Origin: an uncultured bacterium
GTDB lineage: Bacteria; B130-G9
DNA length: 61,837 bases
Assembly (NCBI GenBank): GCA_965372715.1
Contig: CBDVDH010000017.1
Coordinates: 1 to 61,837 of the forward strand
Direction: 5' to 3'
Part shown: positions 49,864-57,871 of the stretch, one piece after another
Numbering within the stretch: position 1 is the first letter of the stretch
Layout: every line of letters starts with the position of its first letter
Notes under the pieces: model-generated
Told to the model about the DNA's origin: nothing
The model's database searches: none
Seen by the model: the letters and a program-made list of their open reading frames with translations, nothing else
Program-made: the position numbers and the translations under genes

Positions 49864-51126
49864 CTATTCGCCCCTTTCGGGAGCCTCTCGATCGAGGTCG
49901 TCTTTGTCCTGCTCCTTTGACTCGGCCGCCGGTTCCAGTGCGGCAGGCTCAGGTTGGACTTCTGGCTGCTTGGCCGGCTCAACTTTGGGCTGCTTGTCCT
50001 GCTCGTCGTCGGCTTCCCGGCGTATTCTCTTGTAGAAATGTGTGAAGAGGACTCTGAGGACCGCGGCGCAGGGCACGGCGAGTACGATCCCCACGAATCC
50101 CCCAAGAGTCCCGCCAATCAGCAGCGCCAGGATTATCAGCAGCGGGTGCAGGCCGACCTTCTTCCCGACGATCTTCGGTGTTATCACGAGGCCCTCCAGC
50201 GTCTGGACGCCGGCGAACAGCAGGACAACGTAGAGCGGATTGAGCCACCAGGGATCGGAATGGAAGCCCGCGACGATGGCGGAGGGGATTAGCCCGACCA
50301 CGAGGCTGAAGTATGGGATGATGCTGGCAAAGCCCGATATGAACCCGAGCAGCGGCCAATACGGGACGCCTATCAGCCACAGCCCGGTGCAGTAGAGCAC
50401 GGAGAGGATGAGCGCCACGAGAAGTTGGCCGCGGACCAAGTTCCCAAGTGTGCTGTTGATCTCCCTAAAAAGCCCCACCACGACGTTCCTTTTTTCTTTA
50501 GGAATAAGTGCTACTGCGCCCTCCGTGATCCTATCAAAATCACGAAGCAGATAGAACACTATAACGGGCATGATCGCAATGCCAACGAGCCAGAGTATGA
50601 ATGCAACGATGCCCTTGAATGTCCCGGCGATGATGGTTCCGATTGGTTTTGCGGCCTTGCTGGCCATCGCCTTCAATGTGTCCGCTTGCGGGGTCAGGGT
50701 GTCGATGAATGACTGCGCGTCGGAGGGGAACTTCTCGCCAAAGACGCGCTCCCAGAGCGAGCTCGCAACAAGCTTCGCCTTCTGAAGATAAGCTGGGACC
50801 TGGCCGGCAAGCTCCGCTATCTCGCGGCAAAGCGCCGGGACGATGAAGATCAGAAGCAGGGCGACCGTGGCCACCATCAGGGTGGTCACGAGGATAATGC
50901 CGAGCGTCCGGTTTACACCAGCCCTCTCCAGCCAGCCGACAACCGGGCTGAGCGCATAGGCGACCAGCGACGCGAAGACCATCGTCCCGATCAGCGACCG
51001 CAATTCCCACACAACGTATAGCGCGAGTGCAAGCCCGAGAAGAGATAGGGCGATCAGGACCGAGCCGGAGATTGGCCTGAATGCTGGCCTTTTCGTGTTT
51101 TCGCTGGCTATCGTCTTGTTCCTCAC
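49864..51126 (-). CDS. AI-2E family transporter
   Basis: AYALSPVV, FYLLRD, RGQL, IPY, QTLEGLVITPKIVGKKVGLHP, AVP. Confidence 0.9.
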   Translation of the reverse strand: MRNKTIASENTKRPAFRPISGSVLIALSLLGLALALYVVWELRSLIGTMVFASLVAYALSPVVGWLERAGVNRTLGIILVTTLMVATVALLLIFIVPALCREIAELAGQVPAYLQKAKLVASSLWERVFGEKFPSDAQSFIDTLTPQADTLKAMASKAAKPIGTIIAGTFKGIVAFILWLVGIAIMPVIVFYLLRDFDRITEGAVALIPKEKRNVVVGLFREINSTLGNLVRGQLLVALILSVLYCTGLWLIGVPYWPLLGFISGFASIIPYFSLVVGLIPSAIVAGFHSDPWWLNPLYVVLLFAGVQTLEGLVITPKIVGKKVGLHPLLIILALLIGGTLGGFVGIVLAVPCAAVLRVLFTHFYKRIRREADDEQDKQPKVEPAKQPEVQPEPAALEPAAESKEQDKDDLDREAPERGE

Positions 51127-51255
51127 ATTTAAGTTCCCGCCCCGCGCTTTGAGGCTAAATCAGGATGTGATATAAGCTAGAGGTCAAGGATAGTCAGTGC
51201 GGTGTGTTATCTCAAGCGACAAGAGATGTGAGTCGGGCGTGAAGGTCACGAGACT

Positions 51256-51522
51256 GTGAGACTGGGCAGAATTATCGGCAGAGTGGTTGCGACGCGCAAG
51301 GACGAGCGCCTCGATGGCAAGAGGCTCCTTCTGCTTCAGCCGCTCAGAAGCGATCACACAGCCGTTGGGGACCCAATCGTTGCCGTCGATTCGGCGGGCG
51401 CGGGCGCCTCGGAGCTCGTCTTGTGGGTAACGGGCAAGGAGGCGGCGGTGCCGTTTGGGATGGACGTTCCCGTCGATGCGTGCGTCGTGGGCATTGTAGA
51501 TGGCACAGATGTCGCAGGATAG
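51256..51522 (+). CDS. EutN/CcmL microcompartment vertex (BMC-P) protein
   Basis: MRLGRIIGRVVATRKDERLDGKRLLLLQP...VAVDSAGAG...PVDACVVGIVD. Confidence 0.9.
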   Translation: MRLGRIIGRVVATRKDERLDGKRLLLLQPLRSDHTAVGDPIVAVDSAGAGASELVLWVTGKEAAVPFGMDVPVDACVVGIVDGTDVAG

Positions 51523-52309
51523 CCGTTACATGGCGTTTGGGCTCGCCACATCCGCGGCGATCCATATCCTCGCGGTGGTTTTCATTCCGGGGCCAGCCCC
51601 CGCCATCGAACACCAGGCCCAGGAGGAGCTCATCGACACCGAGCTCTTCCCACTTGACTATGGGGCGCTGGGTTACGAGGCGCTAGCGATGGGCGTCTCT
51701 AAGAAGGAGGCTGAGCTGCTGTCGCAGCTGTCCGCTGACATGCTTGCTTTCGCCGAGCAGCTCCCGTTGGGCATCTTCATGCGTCAGCCGAAATCCGCAT
51801 CCTTATCAGATGATATGAAGATTGGCGTCGAGGACCTTCCACAGAGGCGCTTGCCCGAGATGGTTGAGAAAACCCTTGAGAGGCTTGCGAAGTCCCGCCG
51901 GGAGACCGGGAGAGCAGGAGAGGAGCGGCGCAAGCCCTGGTCGCTTCCGCCGTCCAGGCCGAAGGAGAAGGTTCGCCTTCCTGATTCCATAACGCCCGGA
52001 GCCGCCTCAGGGCCAAAGGAGAGGTCGGCGGTCAACGTGGGATCCATTGTTGGCCCAGTGTCCGCGAGGCGCGTTGTCCACTGGCCGCCGCGGGACGAGG
52101 TCGAAATCTCGACGCCCGGCAGCGTCCGTATCAAGTTCTGGGTCCAGCCGGATGGCTCTGTCGCCCGGATTACCTTCGAGCAGAAGCTCGACGCGAGCCT
52201 CGACGACTACTCAGCGAGATACGTCCGGGGCCTCAGGTTCGAGCCGCTCCCTGAGGGTAAGGACTACATCGAGTGGGGCGCGATAACGCTCGCCTTCCGG
52301 CCGGAGTAG
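51500..52309 (+). CDS. TonB-like energy transducer
   Basis: N-terminal TM with SAAIH (SxxxH), C-terminal GSVRIKFWVQPDGSV...LD...FEP; exact start uncertain. Confidence 0.7.
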   Translation: MAQMSQDSRYMAFGLATSAAIHILAVVFIPGPAPAIEHQAQEELIDTELFPLDYGALGYEALAMGVSKKEAELLSQLSADMLAFAEQLPLGIFMRQPKSASLSDDMKIGVEDLPQRRLPEMVEKTLERLAKSRRETGRAGEERRKPWSLPPSRPKEKVRLPDSITPGAASGPKERSAVNVGSIVGPVSARRVVHWPPRDEVEISTPGSVRIKFWVQPDGSVARITFEQKLDASLDDYSARYVRGLRFEPLPEGKDYIEWGAITLAFRPE

Positions 52310-52374
52310 GCCGTGGCGGCTGAGGGGGATATGCGCTGTCCTCTTAGTTGTTCGTCCTGTCGGTCCTTGTGCTT

Positions 52375-52515
52375 TGTCTCACAGAGTCTATCAAGAATGC
52401 TGCACAGCTCGTCGTCGCTCAGCATCAATGGGTCTCCGCCGGTAACCAGGACCTCACGTATTGCGGGGTGCTCGCGGATCCAGTCGATGCCGTTTGAGAT
52501 GGCATTCGGATGGGC
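52375..52515 (-). pseudogene. Fragment of a KamA/lysine 2,3-aminomutase-family radical SAM gene
   Basis: Minus strand reads AISNGIDWIREHPAIREVLVTGGDPLMLSDDELCSILDRL; no start codon, no CxxxCxxC. Confidence 0.7.
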
Positions 52516-52577
52516 CTTTGCGCCCTTTCGGCCTTTGGCTGAGCATCACTCACCCTCTCTTGGCCTTCCTGTTCCCT

Positions 52578-52640
52578 GTAGCCTCCGCCGTCGTCAAGGC
52601 TTTCAGCAGCCACAGCCGAAGGTGCTTTGGCGAAGGCGGC
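52578..52640. repeat. REP-like palindrome (TCCGCC family)
   Basis: GTAGCCTCCGCCG...GCCGAAGGTGCTTTGGCGAAGGCGG resembles 19766-19812. Confidence 0.55.
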
Positions 52641-52762
52641 TTGGGCGGATTCGCGAGAGGGCGAACGAAGGCAGATTCGGCCGTTTCCCCAGTGGGGGAA
52701 CTCCCACCAGCAACCACTTGAATTGACCAAGCGGCTAGGTCATATTTGTTTATCGAAACTAA

Positions 52763-52837
52763 GGCGGCATAGCCAAGTGGCTAAGGCAGAGGACTGCAAA
52801 TCCTCGATCCCGGGTTCGAGTCCCGGTGCCGCCTCCA
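52763..52837 (+). tRNA. tRNA-Cys (GCA)
   Basis: GGCGGCA acceptor stem, GAGGA-CTGCAAA-TCCTC anticodon arm, GTTCGAGTC T-loop, TGCCGCC-T-CCA end. Confidence 0.96.
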
Positions 52838-52968
52838 AATGGCGTGTAAGCGGGTGAGGCGACGGAGCTTTCGATGTCCTATCGTCTAAGTGTCTTGATT
52901 TGTCTGCTGTTGCGTTTGGCTTCAGCGCATTTTGGGAAAACCAGTCATCTTCGCGGAGGTTTTGTGTG

Positions 52969-53946
52969 ATGAGAAAACGCGTTCTGCTCTCGTTGGTTTT
53001 AGTGCTTGCGCTGGTCGTTGGTCTTTGCGGCTGCTACGTCAAGTTCCCGACGTTTGGGGGCCGCATCCGCCTTAGTGAGCGTTACCTCGACAAGGCCAAG
53101 GGCACGAAGGACAAGATCGTGCTGATACCCCTGAGCGGCATCATCACGTCATCGTCGTCCCGGGGCACGTTTTCATCCAGCAGCAACATGGTGGAAACGC
53201 TCGGGATGCAGCTCGAAAAAGCAAGCCAGGACAAGCGCGTCAAGGGCCTCATCATAAACATCAATTCGCCCGGAGGCGGAGTAACAGGCTCCGAGATCAT
53301 CTTTCACAAGATCGTGAAGTTCAAGAAAGAAAAAAGCGTCCCGGTGGTCATTCTGATGGGCGACGTGGCCGCCTCGGGCGCCTACTATGTCGCGATGGCC
53401 GGCGACAGGATCATCGCCCACCCAAGCAGTATCACGGGCAGCATCGGCGTGATCTCCATGTTCTTCAATCTCCGGGGCCTAATGGACAAAATAGGCGTTG
53501 ACGTCGTTACCCTCAAGACGGGCGAGATGAAGGACGTCGGCTCGTTCGCCCGGCCGATGAAGGACGAAGAGCGAGCCTATATCATGAACATCCTCAATGA
53601 CCTATACGAGATTTTCCTCGACCGTGTTCTGTCGAATCGCACTGAGCTGACCAGGGATGAGCTGCTTGAGCTGGCTGATGGCCGCGTCTATACGGCCAAG
53701 CAGGCGCTCGAGGCGAAGCTAATCGACGAGATAGGCTTCTTCGAGGACGCGGTGTCGGCGGTCAAGCAAGAGGGGAACATAGCCGCCGCTTCAATCGTCG
53801 CCTATGAGTGGCCCTGGAATCACAAATACGACGTGTATTCGATGATGGCCCCTGGGCGGCCAATCGACATCAACCTTCTGAAGCTCGACATCGGGACCCT
53901 TGATTCCTTCGGCCGGCCGGGATTCTACTATATCTGGGCGGAATAA
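52969..53946 (+). CDS. sppA: Signal peptide peptidase SppA (S49), lipoprotein
   Basis: INSPGG, AASGAYY, TGSIGV, DGRVYTAKQA; lipobox LCGC; RBS GGAGG. Confidence 0.92.
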   Translation: MRKRVLLSLVLVLALVVGLCGCYVKFPTFGGRIRLSERYLDKAKGTKDKIVLIPLSGIITSSSSRGTFSSSSNMVETLGMQLEKASQDKRVKGLIININSPGGGVTGSEIIFHKIVKFKKEKSVPVVILMGDVAASGAYYVAMAGDRIIAHPSSITGSIGVISMFFNLRGLMDKIGVDVVTLKTGEMKDVGSFARPMKDEERAYIMNILNDLYEIFLDRVLSNRTELTRDELLELADGRVYTAKQALEAKLIDEIGFFEDAVSAVKQEGNIAAASIVAYEWPWNHKYDVYSMMAPGRPIDINLLKLDIGTLDSFGRPGFYYIWAE

Positions 53947-54226
53947 CTGCCCACGGTAGGGGCAGGCGCCCCGGAGGCTGTCCCATAGGTCCGGGTTTTT
54001 GCTTGCGATATTCTTGGTGGTTCGGTATTGGTTGAGAGGTTATTGTTCAATATGCCAATGTTCCACATTAGCTAATTATGTCGAACATAGTATCGCCTAA
54101 TATGGGAGATGCTATCGTGCCAAAAAGAGACGATCCCCCTTCGCAAACCCAGCTGTCTGCCCAGCCAACGTCTTGGCCCTCCGACCTTTGCCCACGCCCA
54201 AACCCAAAAGCCGTTCCGACAAGTCC

Positions 54227-54255
54227 TTGACAAATATGGCGTTTGCCATTATAGT
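54227..54255 (+). promoter_or_regulatory. Sigma70 promoter with palindromic operator for the metal-efflux operon
   Basis: TTGACA-17 bp-TATAGT; ATGGC-GTTT-GCCAT dyad in the spacer. Confidence 0.7.
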
Positions 54256-54263
54256 ATATTCAA

Positions 54264-54707
54264 ATGTTCTTCACGAAGCACGACTACACGCGCTGGGGCA
54301 CTCTTGTCTTAATCCTCGCGTACCTTTCTACCGGACTGATGCCGGTTGGAGAGGGAGCGGTTCTCTGCCGTGGCGCAGACGGCCGCGTAGAGGTGAAGGC
54401 CGGCTTCGGTGGTTCCTGCCGTCCTCATAAGATTTCTTCGGAGGGAAGCGGGTCGGCGGAGAGTGTTGCGCGGTGTTCCCTGGAAGATTGCTGTGGCCCC
54501 TGCGATGACACTCCGGTGGTCAACCAGGGTGTTTCAGCTTCTCTCCGTGCCAAGAAAAAGACATCCCACACGGATAGACCGTATTGCTGGACAAAGACAA
54601 GCCCCGCCACCGCCTTTGACTTTGTCCGGAAGCACTCCTCAAGCCAGTTTTCGGTTTCCGCCGATCCCATTTTGTTTGCCCTCCGCACGGTCGTTCTCCT
54701 GATCTGA
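54264..54707 (+). CDS. CzcI-like Cys-rich small protein
   Basis: N-terminal hydrophobic stretch, VLCRGADG, CCGPCDD, C-terminal LRTVVLLI; first gene of a czcCBA-like operon. Confidence 0.6.
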   Translation: MFFTKHDYTRWGTLVLILAYLSTGLMPVGEGAVLCRGADGRVEVKAGFGGSCRPHKISSEGSGSAESVARCSLEDCCGPCDDTPVVNQGVSASLRAKKKTSHTDRPYCWTKTSPATAFDFVRKHSSSQFSVSADPILFALRTVVLLI

Positions 54708-54827
54708 TCCTCTGAACTGTATCTCTGTTTAGGCAACGCGTCTACCTGCTGGGGCCTTTGTGCGCCCAGTGTCTCGGTATCCCATGCCGAGGAGAGTGGA
54801 CGGCAACAATCGGTTTAGAGGATTATC

Positions 54828-56204
54828 ATGAGACGACTTTTGCTTCTTTTATGCTTCCCTGCAGTCATCGCCGTGACGGGCTGTACTGTCCCCTGCCGCG
54901 ATGCGGCCTGGCCCGAAAGGCGTCCGCTGGGAAGGGAGATTGAGATTTACGAGGCGCCACCCGACTCGCGCGGGGCATCGTCACCCACCCTCGTTGAGCC
55001 GGAGGGCGAGTTGACGCTGCGTGACGCCCTATCCTTAGCGCTAATGCACAATCCAAAGCTGGCATCCACTTCCTGGAGCGTTCGCATTGGCGAGGCGCGG
55101 ACGCTGCGGGCCGGGCTCTTACCGAACCCTGAGATCGAGTTTGAAGCTGATGAGGTTGCGGGTTCCGGCGGCCGCCGCAGTTTCGACGCAGCTGGAATGT
55201 CAATCCGGTTGAGTCAACTCATAGAGCTTGGCGGAAAGCGTTCCGCTAGGAAGCGGGTCGCCGAGAGCGAGGGTCGGCTTGCGGGCTGGGATTACGAGAC
55301 CGCGCGCTTGGCGGTCCTGACAGATGCCACGCTGGAATTCATCGATGTCCTCGCCGCCCAGGAACGGCTCCAGTTGACCCAGGAGATACTGCGCTTATCC
55401 GAGAAGACCCTGGCAACGGTAACAGAGAGGGTCAACGCGGGGAAGGTCTCGCCCCTAGAGAAGACCAAGGCTGCTGTGGAATTGGCCAACAACAAGATCG
55501 AGCTGGGTAAGGTAAGAAGCGAATTGAGGTCTGTCAGGAAACGGTTGGCCTCGACGTGGGGAAGCATGGACCCGCGATTTTCGATGGCTGTGGGTGCAAT
55601 GGACAGCGTCTCGGAGATTCCCATATTCGAGAGCGTTCAAGCTCTCCTTTCGCAGAATCCCGACGTTGCCCGCTGGACTCAGGAGATGGAGCAGCGTCTT
55701 GCTGCGCTGGCATTGGAGCGAGCCCGGCGCGTGCCCGACCTGACCGTGGGCGTCGGCGTTCAGCGTTTCGAGGAAACGAATGACCATGCCCTCACCTTCG
55801 GCCTGGGCCTGCCGCTTCCGCTCTTTGATCGAAACCAGGGCGGTGTGCTTGAAGCGCATTACCGGCAGGCTCAGATCAGGCATGAACGGAAGAGCGCGGA
55901 GGTGCGCACGGCTGCGGCACTCGCTGAATCATACGAGGCACTCATCGCCGCGCGCGCCGAGGCAATTGGGCTGAGAAACGAAATCGTGCCTGGCGCCACC
56001 AGGGCGTTCGACGCGGCCCAGGAGGGCTACAAACAGGGCAAGTTCGGCTACCTCGAAGTCCTCGATGCCCAGCGGACGCTGTTTGCGGCAAGAAGCAGGC
56101 TTCTCAATGCACTGGCGCAATACCACCGATCGGTGGCCATCGTGGAAAGTCTCATTGGGACGAAGCTCGACTCATTACAAAACGAAAAAGGAAAAGAGCA
56201 ATAA
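54828..56204 (+). CDS. czcC: TolC/CzcC-family outer-membrane efflux protein
   Basis: Lipobox VTGC, ALMHNPKL, LLPNPE, IELGGKR, LPLPLFDRNQG, LEVLDAQRTL. Confidence 0.9.
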   Translation: MRRLLLLLCFPAVIAVTGCTVPCRDAAWPERRPLGREIEIYEAPPDSRGASSPTLVEPEGELTLRDALSLALMHNPKLASTSWSVRIGEARTLRAGLLPNPEIEFEADEVAGSGGRRSFDAAGMSIRLSQLIELGGKRSARKRVAESEGRLAGWDYETARLAVLTDATLEFIDVLAAQERLQLTQEILRLSEKTLATVTERVNAGKVSPLEKTKAAVELANNKIELGKVRSELRSVRKRLASTWGSMDPRFSMAVGAMDSVSEIPIFESVQALLSQNPDVARWTQEMEQRLAALALERARRVPDLTVGVGVQRFEETNDHALTFGLGLPLPLFDRNQGGVLEAHYRQAQIRHERKSAEVRTAAALAESYEALIAARAEAIGLRNEIVPGATRAFDAAQEGYKQGKFGYLEVLDAQRTLFAARSRLLNALAQYHRSVAIVESLIGTKLDSLQNEKGKEQ

Positions 56205-56206
56205 TT

Positions 56207-57853
56207 ATGAAGAAGATACTCATTCCCGGCGGCCTGGCACTGCTTGTCGCCGCGGCCGTCATTTCGATCATCGTCTTGGGATGCGATGGAGAACTCCATG
56301 ACGAACACGATGGTCATGATCACAGCGCTCATGCAAGCGACGAGAGCATAGCAGACACATCGGTGTATGTTGTGAATGACGATGAACTCGAAGGTCATGA
56401 TCACAGCGCTCATGCAGGCGATGACTGCGAAGATGGCGAGGAAGGCAAGAATCACGTCGAGCTTACTAAAGATCAGCGCAGGCGCATCAATCTGGAGGTT
56501 GCCGTTGCCGGTCCGGGCTCGATTGTTATTGGGGCGACGTTTCCGGGCGAGATAATCCTCAACCCAGACCGGACAGTGCATGTGGTTCCCCGGGCGGCGG
56601 GTATCGTGCGTGAGGCAATAAGGACACTGGGTGATCGCGTCGAGGCGGGTGAGATACTCGCCTGGATCGAGAGCGGCGAACTGGCCGAGGCCAAGCTGTC
56701 GTTCTACGCCAAGCAGGCCGAGGTCGCCTGCTGCACGATCAAGCTGCCCCGCGCCAAGTCGATATTCAAGAACACGGCCAAGCTTCTGGCCTTGCTCAAG
56801 AAGGAGGCGCCGCAGAAGGAACTGCACAAGCTCGACGGCCTGGAGATGGGAGAGTATCGAGGACGGTTGCTCACTGCCTACGCTGAGTACCTGGGCTCCC
56901 GGGAGACCTACGAGCGCGAGAAGCGTCTGCGCTCCAAAGAGATCGCCAGCGGCCAGGAACTGCTCGAAGCTGAAACGACGAACAAGAAGGCTAGGGAAGA
57001 GTTCCACGCGGCCATGGATACGGCTCGCTACGAGACGTTGATTGCCTACGGCGAGGCCGCCCAGGAGAGACAAGTGGCCGAGTTCGATGCTGTTGCGGCC
57101 GAGAAGCGCCTTCGCCTCAAGGGGGCCGACGACGAGGTCGTGGCCAAGCTTCTCAAACTCGTGCCCAAGACAGTGGGCCTGGAGCCATGTCTCTGCGACG
57201 ATCCGAACTGCGAAGAGGATAAGCTCCCCTCCGTAGTCGAGACGCTTGGCAAAGACGGGCGGTTCGCATGGTTCGCGGTTCGTGCCCCGTTTGCCGGGAT
57301 TGTCATCGAGAAGCACTTGACACTGGGCGAGAAGGTCAATGGCGATGAAAGCGTGTTCAGCATCGCGGACACATCCTCGGTGTGGGTGCGCTTCAACGTG
57401 TACCAGAAGAACATCGACTTGGTGAAGCCTGGGCAACTCGCGCAGATCGCCCTGGGCACGAGCGGGCGCCGCGAGGGAAAAGTGGCCTATGTCTCCCCCG
57501 TCATCGACGAGCAGACTCGCAGCGTGCAGGCCAGGGTCGTGCTGGACAACAAAGATGGCACGTTGCGGCCGGGCCTCTATGTCACGGTTCGCATGACCGC
57601 GCAACCCCAGGATGCGCCGGTCGTCATCCCCAAATTGGCGGTCCAAGTGCTTGAAGAAAAGGAAGTCGTTTTCGTTGAGGAGGGCGACGGCTTTGATGCC
57701 GTTCCCGTGAAGCTTGGCGCGGCGGACAGCGAGCGAGTCGTCGTGACCTCCGGGCTGCGCCCGGGTCAGCGGTATGTCGTGCGCGGCGCTTTCGATCTCA
57801 AGGCGCAACTCGTCACCAGCGGCCTGGGCGCTCACGCCGGGCACGGACACTAG
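56207..57853 (+). CDS. czcB: CzcB/CusB-family RND periplasmic adaptor with His-rich N-terminus
   Basis: HDGHDHSAHA repeats, HVVPRAAG, RAPFAGIV, IDEQTRS, LRPGLY, C-terminal HAGHGH. Confidence 0.9.
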   Translation: MKKILIPGGLALLVAAAVISIIVLGCDGELHDEHDGHDHSAHASDESIADTSVYVVNDDELEGHDHSAHAGDDCEDGEEGKNHVELTKDQRRRINLEVAVAGPGSIVIGATFPGEIILNPDRTVHVVPRAAGIVREAIRTLGDRVEAGEILAWIESGELAEAKLSFYAKQAEVACCTIKLPRAKSIFKNTAKLLALLKKEAPQKELHKLDGLEMGEYRGRLLTAYAEYLGSRETYEREKRLRSKEIASGQELLEAETTNKKAREEFHAAMDTARYETLIAYGEAAQERQVAEFDAVAAEKRLRLKGADDEVVAKLLKLVPKTVGLEPCLCDDPNCEEDKLPSVVETLGKDGRFAWFAVRAPFAGIVIEKHLTLGEKVNGDESVFSIADTSSVWVRFNVYQKNIDLVKPGQLAQIALGTSGRREGKVAYVSPVIDEQTRSVQARVVLDNKDGTLRPGLYVTVRMTAQPQDAPVVIPKLAVQVLEEKEVVFVEEGDGFDAVPVKLGAADSERVVVTSGLRPGQRYVVRGAFDLKAQLVTSGLGAHAGHGH

Positions 57854-57871
57854 GCGGAAAGGAGGTACAAC

